Source of the DNA: the human T2T-CHM13v2.0 reference genome, Homo sapiens
Reading direction: 5' to 3' (one strand)
DNA length: 64,000 nt
Assembly (NCBI RefSeq): GCF_009914755.1
Contig: NC_060930.1
In this document: piece by piece, positions 1 through 13,555 of the stretch
Layout of the letters: each line of letters begins with the position of its first letter
Position numbering within the stretch: position 1 is the stretch's first letter
The notes under the pieces: generated by a model
Told to the model about the DNA's origin: nothing
What the model saw: the letters and a program-made list of their open reading frames with translations, nothing else
Databases searched by the model: none
Program-made: the position numbers and the translations under genes

Positions 1-650
1 GGTGGGAATATAAAATGGTATAGTCTGGAAAATATTTGGAAGTTTCTTAAAAAACTAAACATGCAACTACATATGACTAGCCATTGCACTTTTTGGCATT
101 TATCTCAAAGAAAAGGAAATTAATGTTCACGTAAAAACATATACATTAATGTTCATCACAGCTTTATTCAAAATAGTCAAAAGCTGAAAACAACCCAGAT
201 GTTCTTCAAAAGGTGAACAATTAAGCAAACTGTGGTACATCCATACCATGGAATATGATAATAATAAAAATGAATAAACTATTGATACATGCAGCAACGT
301 GTATCAATCTCTAAAGAATTAAACAGAGCAAAACAACAACAAAAGTCAATCCCACAGTTTACATATTGTCTTATTTATGTAACATTCTTGAAATGACAAA
401 AATATAGAAATAGAGAACAAATTAATGGTTGCCACGGGTTAGCAGGGAGTAGAGCAGAAAGGAAGTGGGTATGACTATATATGGGCAACATATGGAATGG
501 AAACGTTCTCTATCTTGACTGTATCAATGTCAATACTATAGTTTTGCAAAATATTATCATAAGAGAAATAAAGGCACAAGATTCCTCTATATTATTTCTT
601 ACAACTCCATGTAAATCTACAGTTATCTCAAAATGAAAAGTTTGACTAAA
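1..650 (+). mobile_element. Old L1 (L1MC/L1MD-type) 3' fragment
   Basis: Decayed L1 ORF2 end/3'UTR motifs (GGTGGGAATATAAAATGGTA, TGTGGTACATCCATACCATGGAATA, GTAAATCTACAGTTATCTCAAAAT); subfamily and edges approximate. Confidence 0.7.
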
Positions 651-3600
651 AAATATTAACTAGTTGCCGCCCCCCAAAAAAGATTAATGCGGGAGGCTGG
701 CAAGATAGCTGAATAGGAACAGCTCTGGTCTGCAGCTCCCAGCGAGATCAACACAGAAGGTGGGTGATTTCTGCATTTGCAACTGAGGTACCCAGCTCAT
801 CTCACTGGGACTGGTTAGACAGTGGATGCAGCTCATGGAGGGTAAGCTGAAGCGGGGTGAGGCATCGCCTCACCCAGGGAGTGCAAGGGGTCGGGGAACT
901 CCCTCCCCTAGCCAAGGGAAGCTGTGAGGGACTGTGCCATGAGGAACGGTGCACTCTGGCCCAGATACTATGCTTTTCTCACAGTCTTCACAACCCGCAG
1001 ACCAGGAGATTCCCTCTGATGCCTACGCCACCAGGGCCCTGGGTTTCAAGCACAAAATTGGGCAGCTGTTTGAGCAGACACCAAGCTAGCTGCAGGAGTT
1101 TTTTTCATATCCCAGTGGCGCCTGGAACGCCAGCGAGACAGAACTGTTCACTCCCCTGGAAAGGGGGCTGAAGCCAGGGAGCCAAGTGGTCTAGCTCAGC
1201 GGATCCCACCCCCACAGAACCCAGCAAGCTAAGATCCACTGGCTTGAAATTCTCGCTGCCAGCACCGCAGTCTGAAGTGACCTGGGATGCTGGAGCCTGG
1301 CTGGGGGAGGGGAGTCTGCCATTACTGAGGCTTGAGTAGGTGATTTTCCCCTCACAGTGTAAACAAAGCCTTGGGGAAGTTCCAACTGGGCGGAGCCCTC
1401 CTCCCACCCCCGCAGCTCAGCAAAGCCTCTGTAGCCAGACTGCCTCTCTAGATTCCTCCTCTCTAGGCAGGGTATCTCTGAAAAAAAAAGGCAGCAGCCC
1501 CAGTCAGGGGCTTATAGATAAAATTCCTATCTCCCTGGGACAGAGCACCTGGGGGAAGGGGTGGCTGTGCGCACAGCTTCAGCAGACTTAAACATCCCTG
1601 CCTGCCAGCTCTGAAGAGAGCAGGGGATCTCCTAGCACAGTGCTTGAGCTCTGCTAAGGGTCAGACTGCCTCCTGAAGTGGGTCCCTGACCCCCATGTCT
1701 CCTGACTGGGAGACACCTCCCAGCAGGGGCCGACAGACACCTCATACAGGAGAGCTCCCGCTGGCATCTGGCAGGTGCCCCTCTGGGACAAAGCTTTCAG
1801 AGGAAGGAACAGGCAGCAATTTTTGCTGTTCTACAGCCTCTGTTGGTGATACCCAGGAAAACAGAGTCTAGAGTGGACCTCCAGCAAACTCCAGCAGAAC
1901 TGTAGCAGAGGGACCTGACTGTTAGAAGGAAAACTAACAGAAAAGAATGGCATCAATATCAACAAAAAGGACGTCCACTCAGAAACCCCATCCGAAGGTC
2001 ACCAACATCAAAGACCAAAGGTAGATAAATCCACAAAGATGGGGAGAAACCAGCGCAAAAAGGCTGACACTTCCAAAAACCAGAATGCCTCTTCTCCTCC
2101 ACAGGATCACAACTCCTTGCCAGCATGGGAACAAAACTGGACAGAGAATAAGTTTGATGAACTGACAGAAGTAGGTTTCAGAAGGTGGATAATAACAAAC
2201 TCCTCCGAGCTAAAGGAGCATGTTCTAACCCAACTCAAGGAAGCTAAGAACCTTGATAAAAGGTTAGATGAATTGCTAACTAGAATAACCAGTGTAGAGA
2301 AGAACATAAATGACCTGACAGAGCTGAAAAACACAGCACAAGAACTTCATGAAGCATACACAAGTTTCAATAGCCGAATCGATCAAGTGGAAGAAAGCAT
2401 ATCAGTGACTGAAGATCAACTTAATGAAATAAAGATAGAAGACAAGATTAGAGAAAAAAGAATAAAAAGGAACAAACAAAGCCTCCAAGAAATATGGGAC
2501 TATGTGAAAAGACCAAATCTACATTTGGTTGGTGTACCTGAAAGTGATGAGGAGAATGGAATCAAGTTGGAAAACACTCTTCAGTACATTATCCAGGATA
2601 ACTTCCCCAACCTAGCGAGGCAGGCCAACATTCAAATTCAGGAAATACAGAGAACACCATGAAGATATCCCTTGAGAAGAGCAACCCCAAGACACATAAT
2701 CGTCAGATTCACCAAGGTTGAAATGAAGGAAAAAATGTTAAGGGTAGCCAGAGAAAAAGCTTGGGTTACCCACAAAGGGAAGCCCATCAGACTAACAGTG
2801 GATCTCTGCAGAAACCCTACAAGCCAGAAGGGAGTGGGGGCCAATATTCAACATTCTTAAAGAAAAGAATTTTCAACGCAGAATTTCATATCCAGCCAAA
2901 CTAAGCTTCATAAGTGAAGGAGAAATAAAATCCTTTACAGACAAGCAAATGCTGAGAGATTTTGTCAAAACGAGGCTTCCAAGAGCTCCTGAAGGAAGCA
3001 CTAAACGTGGAAAGGAACAACTGGTACCAGCCACTGAAAAACATACCAAATTGTAAAGAACATCGACACTATGAAGAAACTGCATCAACTAATGGGCAAA
3101 ACAGCCGGCTAGCATCATAGTGACAGGATCAAATTCACACATAACAATATTAACCTTAAAGTAAATGGGCTAAATGCCCTGATTAAAAGACACAGACTGG
3201 CAAACTGGATAAAGAGTCAAGACCCATCAGTGTGCTACATTCAGGAGACCCATCTCACATGCAAAGACAAACATAGGTGCAAAATAAAGGGATGGAGGAA
3301 TATTTACCAAGCAAATGGAAAGCAAAAAAGGCAGGAGTTGCAATCCTAATCTCTGATAAAACAGATTTGAAACCAACAAAGATCAAAAGAGACAAAGAAG
3401 GTCATTACATAGTGGTAAAGGGATCAATGCAGCAAGAAGAGCTAACTATACTAAATATATATGCACCCAATATAGGAGCACCCAGATTCATAAAGCAAAT
3501 TCTTAGAGACCTACAGAGAGACTTAGACTCCCACACAATAATAATGGGAGACTTTAACACCCCATTGTCAATACTAGACAGATCAATGAGACAGAAAATT

Positions 3601-3859
3601 AATAATGATATTCAGGACTTGAACTCAGCTCTGGACCAAGCAGACCTAATAGACATCTACAGAACTGTCCACCCCAAATCAACAGAATATACATTCTTCT
3701 CAGCACCTCACTGCACTTATTCTAAAATTGACCACATAATTGGAAGTAAAACACTCCTCAGTAAATGCAAAAGAACAGAAATCATAACAGTCTCTCAGAC
3801 CACAGTGCAATCAAATTAGAACTCAGGATTAAGAAACTCACTCAAAGCCACACAACTAG

Positions 3860-4093
<234 letters not shown>

Positions 4094-4193
4094 TAAACAA
4101 ATTAAAAATCTACAGAAGACAAGAAATAACTAAGATGAGAGCAGAACTGAAAGAGATAGAGACACGACAAACCCTTCAAAAAATCAATGAATT

Positions 4194-4593
<400 letters not shown>

Positions 4594-6653
4594 TCAAATA
4601 GATGCAATAAAAAATGATATAGGGGATATCACCACTGATCCCACAGAAATACAAACTACCATCAGAGAATACCATAAACACCTCTCAGCAAATAAACTAG
4701 AAAATTTAGAAGAAATGGATAAATACCTGGACACATACACCCTCCCAAGTCTAAACCAGGAAAAATCGAATCCCTGAATAAACCAATAACAAGCTCTGAA
4801 ATTGAGGCAGTGATTAATAGCCTACCAACCAAAAAAAGTCCAGGACTAGATGGATTCACAGCCGAATTCTACCAGAGGTACAAAAAGGAGCTGGTACCAT
4901 TCCTTCTGAAACTATTCCAATCAATAGAAAAAGAGGGAATTCTCGCTAACTCATTTTATGAAGCCAGCATCATCCTGATACCAAAACCTGGGAGAGACAC
5001 AACAAAAAAAGAAAATTTCAGGCCAATATCCCTGATGAACATCAATGCAAAAATCCTCAATAAAATGCTGGCAAACTGAATGCAGCAGCACATCAAAAAG
5101 CTTATCCACCACAATCAAGTCAGCTTTATCCCTGGGATGCAAGGCTGGTTCAACATATGCAAATCAATAAATGTAATCCATCACATAAATAGAACCAATG
5201 ACAAAACCACATGATTATCTCAATAGATGCAGAAAATGCCTTCAACAAAATTCAACACCTCATTCACGCTAAAAACTCTCAATAAACTAGGTATCAATGG
5301 AACGTATCTCAAAATAATAAGAGCTATTTATGACAAGCCCACAGCCAATATCATATTGAATGGGCAAAAACTGGAAGCATTTTCTTTGAAAACTGGCACA
5401 AAACAAGGATGCCCACTCTCACCACTCCTATTCAACACAGTATTGGAAGTTCTGGCCAGGGCAATCAGGCAAGAGAAAGAAATAAAGGGTATTCAAATAG
5501 GGAGAGAGGAAGTCAAATTGTCTCTGTTTGCAGAGGACATGATTGTATATTTAGAAAACCCCATTGTCTCAGCCCAAAATCTCCTTAAGCTGATAAGCAA
5601 CTTCAGCAAAGTCTCAGGATACAAAATCAATGTGCAAAAATCACAAGCATTCCTGTACACCAATAACAGACAAACAGAGGGCCAAATTATGAGTGAACTC
5701 CCATTCACAATTGCTACAAAGAGAATAAAATACCTAGGAATACAACTTACAAGAAATGTGAAGGACTTCTTCAAGGAGAATTACAAACCACTGCTCAAGG
5801 AAATAGGAGAGGACACAAACAAATGGAAAAACATTCCATGCTCATGGATAGGAAGAATGATATTGTGAAAATGGCCATACTGCCCAAAGTAATTTATAGA
5901 TTCAATGCTATCCCCATCAAGCTACCACTGACTTTCTTCATGGAATTGGGAAAAACTACTTTAAACTTCATGTGGAACCAAAAAGGAGCTCTCATAGCCA
6001 AGACAATCCTAAGCAATAAGAACAAAGCTGGAGGCATCACGCTACCTGACTTCAAACTATACTACAAGGCTACAGTAACTAAAACAGCATGGTACTGGTA
6101 CCAAAACAGATACATAGACCAATGGAACAGAACAGAGGCCTCAGAAATAACACCACACATCTACAACCATCTGATCTTTGACAAACCTGACACAAAAAGC
6201 AATGGGGAAAAGATTCCCTATTTAAAAAATGGTGTTGGGAAAGCTGGCTAGTCAAGTGGAGAAAACTGAAATTGGACCCCTTCCTTATACTTGATACAAA
6301 AATTAACTCAAGATGGATGAAAGACTTAAACGTAAGACCCAGGACCATAAAAATCCTAGAAGAAAACCTGCGCAATACCATTAAGGACATAGGCACGGGC
6401 AAAGACTTCATGACTAAAATACCAAAAGCAATGGCAACAAAAGCCAAAATTGACAAATGGGATCTAATTAAATTAAAGAGGTTCTGCACAGCAAAAGAAA
6501 CTACCATCAGAGTGAACAGGCAACCTACAGAATGGGAGAAAATTGTTGCAATCTATCCCTCTGACAAAGGGCTAATATCCAGAATCTACAAAGAACTTAA
6601 ACAAACTTACAAGAAAAAAAAACAAACAACCCCATCAAAAAGTAGGCAAAGGA

Positions 6654-7039
<386 letters not shown>

Positions 7040-9362
7040 TCATCATCACTGGTCATTGGAGAAACGCAAAACCACAATGAGATACCATCTCAACACCAGT
7101 TAGAATGGCAATCATTAAAAAGTCAGGAAACAACAGATGCTGGAGGGGATGTGGAGAAATAGAGACGCTTTTACACTGTTGGTGGGAGTGTAAATTAGTT
7201 CAACCATTGTGGAAGACAGTGTGGCGATTCCTCAAGGATCTAGAACCAGAAATACCATTTGACCCAGTAATCTCATTACTGGGTATATACCCAAAGGATT
7301 AGAAATCATTCTACTATAAAGACACATGCACACATATGTTTACTGCAGCACTATTTACTACAGAAAAGACTTAGAGCCAACCTAAATGTCCATCAATAAT
7401 AGATTGGATAAAGAAAATGTGGCATATATACACCATGGAATACTATGCAGCCATAAAAAATGATGAATTCACATCCTTTGCAGGGACATGGATGAAGCTG
7501 GAAACCATCATTCTCAGCAAACTATCACAAGAACAGAAAACCAAACACTGCATGTTCTCACTCATAAGTGGGAGTTGAAAAATGAGAACACATGGACGTA
7601 GGGAGGGGAACATCACACACTGGGGCCTTTCGGGGGTGGGGGGCTATGGGAGGGATAACACTAGGAGAAATACCTAACGTAGGTGACGGGTTGATGGGTG
7701 CAGCAAACCACCATGGCATATGTATACCTATGTAACAAAACTGCACGTTCTGCACATGTACCCCAGAACTTAAAATATAATAATAAAAAAAGAAAAAGAA
7801 AAGGCCAAGTGGAAGCTCATGACATTGCATACTGGGTCCTCCACCCCTGGGCAAGATAACCAAGAGTAAATCATTCTGAATGAAGAGTGATACCAACCAC
7901 AATTTAAAAGATGTACAATCCTGCTTATTTCTCCAGTCTTGCTTTTGTAGAAGCTAGACAGAGCACAACAGATGAGGGTAGACTTCTGCAAATTTAACAA
8001 GCTGGTAGTCCCAGTTGCAACTGCTGTGCAGATGGGATCTTTACTAGATAGACACAGTCTCTTGTATTTTTTACGCAGCTGATGATCTGGCAATGTGTGC
8101 ATCCTTTTAAATCCCTATCAAGAAAGAGGATCGGAAGCAATTTGTATTCACTTAGAGCAGTGACAGTGAACATCCAGTCTTACCCAAGGACTCTCCTGCT
8201 GTTTGAGACAATATAGTATAAAGGGGTCTTGATCCACAATATTGACAATATCAGACCTAGTGAGCAGGAAGTTGCAAGTGTCCCGGATCCCCTTATAAAG
8301 ACACATGAGCAGTAAGTATAAAGTGAGAGATAAACCTACAAAGTTTGAACGTCTTATTACTTTGGTAAAGTTTTAAAAGGCCAGTGGTCTGGGACATTCT
8401 GTCCAAGGTAAAGGATGAGTTACTGTACCTTGTACCTTCAACCTCTAAAAAAGAGGCACAGTATTTTGCAGGCCTCTTTAGTTTTCAAAGAGAGCATGAA
8501 GCGCACTAAAGAATACTGTTTTGACCCATTTAGTGGGTGACATGGAAAGCTGTCATTTTTGAGTGGGGCACACAGCAAGAAAGAGCTCTGTAGTTTTAGG
8601 TTGTAGTACCAGAGGCTTTGCTTCCTGGGCCATACATCTGGCTAGATCCCACAATACTAAAGGTCCCACAATGCTGTGGTATGTAAGGATACCTTCTGGA
8701 GTCTTAGGAAAGCCACAACAGGAGCCTCTCTCTGTAGATCCTTGCTGTCTGCAGCAGAGAATAATTCCCCATTCAAAAAACAGCTCTTGGCATGCTCTTG
8801 GGCTCTGGTAGAGAATGAATGCCTGGTCATGGGATATCAAGTGACTATGCAACTGGAAGTATCCACTATGAGCTGGTTATGTCAGACAAGTCAAGTCCTA
8901 AAGTCAGGCAGGCACTGCAGCAACCCATTAAATGATAAAAATGGAACAATGGGATCAGGCTCAAACAGGTCTTCAGGGCACAAATAAATTTCAAAAATAA
9001 GCAGCCCAGATGCCCATGTCACCTGTCTCATGCACCAATGTCTCTTTCAGCTCACACCTCATGTGGAATTCCCTAAGAAGAGCTGACAGAAAATGAAAAC
9101 AAAATTCATGGATGAATCACAATATACTGGTAAAAGCTGTAAATGTAATGCTTCCAGACATGAGTTCCTCTCACAAGTGGCCCTGAAAAATGGTGATTAG
9201 GGGAAATCTTCCTGGCAGGCAGAGCTTTAAGCAGTATTCCTAGGCCCTCAATTTGGAGGACAATGCGGATTGGTTTCATCAAGGGCCTAGAAGGTGCAAG
9301 ATCAGAAGGTAAGAGAAAAAGAGTTCTGGGGAAGAAGCATGTGATTGGGCCTATGAGGGTGG

Positions 9363-9910
9363 TGTAGCAAACACACCCTAATCTCACCTCCAGTGAGTCA
9401 CACCCTTGCATAATCCTCTTCCTTTGAGTGGGAGTGGGGTCTGTAACTTGCTTCTAAATAGAGCAAAGGTGACAGAATGTCTGTCTCATGAATATGCTAC
9501 ATGGTATAAGACTCCATTTTAGGGGACTGGAGGGAGACTTTCTGTTGGCTTGGAAGAAGTAAGCTGCCATGTTGTGAGAGGACCACGTGATGAGGAAGAG
9601 TGGGTGGCATGTGAGTGCAGCCCCTGCCAACAGCTGGTAAGAAAACAGTGACCTCAGTCCTACAACCACAAAACGATGATGCTTGCCAACAATGTGAATC
9701 AGCTTGGGAGTGGATTCTTCCCTAGTCAAGTCTCCAGATGGAAGCACATCTCAGCCAACACCAGATTGCAGCCTTGTAAAACCCTGAGCAGAGGACCCAG
9801 GTGAGTGATGCCAGGGCTCCTGGCCATGGAAACCGTGCGATCACAAATGTGTGTTGTTTTAAGCTGCTAAATTTGCAGTAATTTGCTATGCAGCATAGAA
9901 AACTAATGTA
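9363..9910 (+). mobile_element. MaLR LTR (MLT1F/G-like) nested in the ERV-L
   Basis: TG start; MLT1 3' end AAGCTGCTAAATTTGCAGTAATTTGCTATGCAGCATAGAAAACTAAT; imperfect 5-bp TSD GGTGG/AGTGG. Confidence 0.8.
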
Positions 9911-10187
9911 AGTGGATGTAAAATACATAGATATTTGTATCTCAGAAAGCATCCACCTCAGAAGAGGCACTGAAAAAACCAGGTGGACAGGATAATTTAT
10001 CCAGTAGACATGAGCCAATCTTTGCTTCTGGTCACCTCAATGCTTGCATAATGGGTTTGTAAATGAAGTAGGCATGGTGGCAGGGATGAAGGTGATGAAG
10101 GATAGGCATGGGCTCATATCAAGGCCTCCTTTCACCAGGCTGGTTTAGCTACACTACTGCTGCTGAATGTTCTACCTGTTCATGGCA

Positions 10188-10353
10188 GAGACCTGTTCAT
10201 ATTAAGCCCTCAATACGGTACAACCCCTTTAGGAGACAAAACATTCATTCAGTGACAAATTGATTACAAATTGAGACCTGTTCATATTGAGCCCTCAATA
10301 TGGTACAACCCCTTTAGGAGACAAAACATTCATTCAGTGACAAATTGATTACA
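10188..10353 (+). repeat. Direct tandem duplication, 2 x 81 bp with a 4-bp spacer
   Basis: 10188-10268 and 10273-10353 are identical except at 2 positions. Confidence 0.97.
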
Positions 10354-11365
10354 CAGGACCCCTTCACCTTTAAAGGGGCAAGTGACAAATGCTCCTAATA
10401 TGGGCTTGTTTTTCCTACCTGCAGTGCCTTGGCCAGCACCACTACCTAAAGGTTTAGAGTATGTCTCATTTATCTTCATGAGATCTCATATACCATTGCC
10501 TTGGATCAGAGGACCCTTTTTACAATACCACTTTACCTAGAAGCTACTGGTTTGACAGAATGTTGGAATGGTCTCTTAAAGGCACAGCTAAGGCGCTAGC
10601 TTGGGATTGTGTGGGATTGAGACAATGTACTTCAAGATGAGGAACATGCTTTGAATCAAGGGCTGGAAGTAGGAGTGACCCCTCTCACTAATACTCTCAG
10701 TGATTGACTTGGGAAATTTGCACCTCACTTCTGGACAAGAGGTCCTGGGTCTGGTGGAGGGGAGAGATGGTTCTATCAGGGGACCCAGTAAAGGTTTCAT
10801 TAAATCTTAAAACTACTGCTGCCACCTGGTCATTTTTGACTCCAAAAGCTCATAAGGAGTTATTGCACTGGCAGATGGAGATAGGGTTGCTGCTATGTGA
10901 TTGGATGAGATTGGGGGTGCTCAGGGTGGTATGGCCATAAACTGCTAGATAAGTGGGATAGGGGATGCATTTCTTGAACTCAGGGGATTCTCTGAGACAG
11001 CTCTTGATGCTTTCATGTCCAGTGAATGGGTAATTGCAGCAACCAAAACCTTACAATGACACAGTAACCAAGGGCTTATGCTCCTCAGGGATGAAAGCTT
11101 GTTATCCTACTGGGCAAACACAGACCAGCAGAAGTGTTGGCCAAGAGTAAGGAAAATCTAGAATGATGTTAGAGGAAGGAGATGATCAATTAGAGACCTC
11201 AGATTAATTGCAGTAGTGGATTCTGCAGCTTGTCCCATTAATCTTTTTTTTTGTAAGTCCTTTTCTTTTAAAAATTGAGACTAGCCACTACCTTAAAGAA
11301 TTAGGGTGGCATGGTGTGAACTTGATGTGGAGGAAGAATGGATACGAGTGCTGCAAAGGGTGGAA

Positions 11366-11810
11366 TGTAGCAGCTGCTATTAGTGCCTCCCCCATATCCA
11401 CTTGACATACACCTTTTCTATGCACGACCAGCCCAACTTCCAAAATGTTAGCATGTGCGACTTTTTGCCTAAGGGCTTTCTCTGGCTGCCAGAACCTACT
11501 CTCCCTGAACACAGGGTAGACTGGAAGTTCTAGGGCATCAATGTTCTGCCCTATCAGGCTTCATCCAATAACTGATGGAAGTTGGCGAATAAATACTCCA
11601 GCTTCCTTGCCCCTCAAGAGGGGATAACTGAGACATGCCTCCCAGTATTCCCTAGTGAATTCAGCCCACAGAGAAATTTCTCTGGTAATATTTCCTTTAT
11701 TAGTTTTCTTCCCCTCCCTGCTGCTGTTTCCTGGGATTACGTCTCATATAAACAACCTGCCTTCAAAGTTTTGTCTTAGGATCTGATTCCGGGTGAAATA
11801 AACTAAGATA
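11366..11810 (+). mobile_element. LTR16-family 3' LTR of the ERV-L
   Basis: Starts TGTAGCAGCTGCT...GTGCCTCCCCCATATCC after the polypurine tract; ends AAACTAAGATA like LTR16 (AAACTAAGACA). Confidence 0.75.
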
Positions 11811-12525
11811 AAGTTAAAATGGAAGTGCTAAACTATAATAATTGAAAACTAGAATCCTTCAGGTATTTTAAGAGTTGCTATCCTAGATAAAAACACTGTG
11901 CAAACATTTAACTAATATTCAGAAGAGTTGGTTTCATTATGAAACAGAACACAGCTAACTATTTTTCCCAGTTAAAAGATCCAAGTCCAAAATGCCAGAA
12001 CGGACACGGCCATCCTTCTAGTTCTTAATAAAAGGAGTACCAAACTACAGGGGGAAAGAAGCGCAAAATAACATAGACTTAAGTATTTCTTTACAATTTT
12101 TGTAATTTCTCAAATTTTAATTTACAATATGATCTTTGGTATTACATGAATGTTATCTGGGTATGCTATAATTCTATAATTTTTTTTTAAAGTTTCCTTA
12201 CACTTAGCAGTTGAGAAGCCCTCTAGCAGAGGTTTCTGAGGTTTAGAGGTTTCCTGGGAAACCTAGAATTGCCGCCTAAGATAGGATAGCTGCCTCTCCC
12301 CTACATCTTATACTCTTGCAGTAGGTGTTCAGTAAATATTTGTGGAATAAATACTTCAGTCGTTGAAAGGAGACGTGGTTTTAAAAAGTGGATTTACAAA
12401 GAGACCGTTTTGCAAGAAAAGAAGCTGGTCTGGGGGTCCCCGCAGGAGGCGGGGTTCCGTGCAACAGATACCAAGATGCCTCCAGGGCGGACCACGACCC
12501 AGCGGGCCGCCGGAAGGCTCCTTAC

Positions 12526-12640
12526 CTGGCCGCAGCCGGACCCTCCTCAGGGAAGCAACTGCCTCCAGGGACTCCGCGGGGCTGTCGGGCGGTTGCCGGG
12601 GAGACCTCTGGCCGCCACGCACCTGCTGCTTGGTGGGGCG
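12526..12640 (-). other. AK9: Candidate alternative non-coding first exon of AK9 (5' end approximate)
   Basis: Minus-strand consensus donor CAG|GTAAGG at 12526/12525 inside a CpG cluster with GC boxes just upstream on that strand. Confidence 0.45.
12592..12605. promoter_or_regulatory. RFX X-box-like motif
   Basis: GTTGCCGGGGAGAC (reverse complement GTCTCCCCGGCAAC) matches the RFX palindrome GTYNCC-nn-GGYAAC. Confidence 0.6.
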
Positions 12641-13200
12641 GGGCCTCGGGAGGCGGGGCTGTAGTTCTTTGTCATTTCTTTTCCAATTCGAAATAGTCAC
12701 TTTTGTACCTAATTTGGCATTTATAATTATAATACACTCATTTTCACAACTATGGAAGAGAGGGTACGCGCATGCCCATTTATGTCGCACACATGAAATG
12801 AAGAAACCTCATTTCAAGCGCGGCTCCGCCACACTGCGCTAGTCTCTGTCGACAACTTCAAGTGGCTAGCCTCAGGCACAAACGTGTGGCAAAGCCACAC
12901 TTTCCAGCTTTAGGTGATTTTAAAACAATTTCTTGGGCCACACAGCGTAGGTACAACATGGATTAGAGGTGAGGGGAAAACTGACACTCAGTGAAGGACC
13001 GTCAGAGGGCCGGCTTCCAGGAAAATGGGCCGCAGCAGGCAGGGAAAACACAAGGATCTATCCTGCAACTCGGAGAACCCTTTTCAAAAGAAGCTACCCA
13101 ATCCCAAACCTTCCGCTTTTTTCCAGAGAGAGGGAGGAGATAAATAGACTCAATTAATCCGTCGACTTTTTCTCCGCCCATGTTTTCCTCCAATCCTTAC

Positions 13201-13270
13201 CAAAGATGGTGCCCTTCGCTTCCTCTCTCGGCAGCACGCAGGTCCCGGGAGCCTCTACCCGACCTCTCTA
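13201..13270 (-). other. AK9: Probable AK9 non-coding first exon (TSS approximate)
   Basis: Minus-strand donor TTG|GTAAGG at 13201/13200 adjacent to the FIG4 promoter; AK9 is the known head-to-head neighbour of FIG4; no AK9 coding exon visible. Confidence 0.6.
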
Positions 13271-13373
13271 TGATACGTCCTCCAGCCCCGCTCCCGACGT
13301 GAGGGGCGGGGCTTGCCTGGAGGCGGGGCGCAGGGATCCGGAAACACCTGATCATCTATAGGTTTAGTGCCTA

Positions 13374-13414
13374 ATGGGTGTTGTTCCTGGCTGGACTTGA
13401 TGTCCAGGGCCTGA
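13374..13414 (+). other. Two chained upstream ORFs (MGVVPGWT*, MSRA*) 5' of the FIG4 ATG
   Basis: ATG 13374 to TGA 13400; overlapping TGATG gives ATG 13400 to TGA 13414; only relevant if the TSS lies 5' of them. Confidence 0.55.
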
Positions 13415-13489
13415 GGGGTTTTCTCGCCGAGTCTCCTGGGGCGGTCCGGAGGCTCGTGCCCTGTTGTGGGGCCCCCATTTGCCGCCGCC

Positions 13490-13555
13490 ATGCCCACGGC
13501 CGCCGCCCCCATCATCAGCTCGGTCCAGAAGCTGGTTCTGTATGAGACTAGAGCT
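13490..13555 (+). CDS. FIG4: FIG4 coding exon 1 (MPTAAAPIISSVQKLVLYETRA)
   Basis: GCCGCCGCCATG Kozak context; matches the FIG4 N-terminus; donor GTGAGT at 13556; 66 nt. Confidence 0.97.

Larger units (their letters stand above)
7803..11365 (+). mobile_element. ERV-L class internal remnant (HERV16/ERV3-16A3-like pol: RT, RNaseH, integrase), decayed
   Basis: Degenerate pol segments (VDFCKFNKLVVPVATAV at about 7978; KQFVF-like segment at about 8135; EEALKNQVD-like segment at about 9960); polypurine tract AAAGGGTGGAA just before the LTR. Confidence 0.75.

Noticed and set aside
10188-10353. Repeat-spacer-repeat pattern suggestive of a CRISPR-like array
   Set aside because: Only two 81-bp units with a 4-bp spacer in human DNA; it is a tandem duplication
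12356-12842. Overlapping ORFs of 84-159 aa
   Set aside because: Stop-poor GC-rich promoter sequence, mostly non-ATG starts, no recognisable protein
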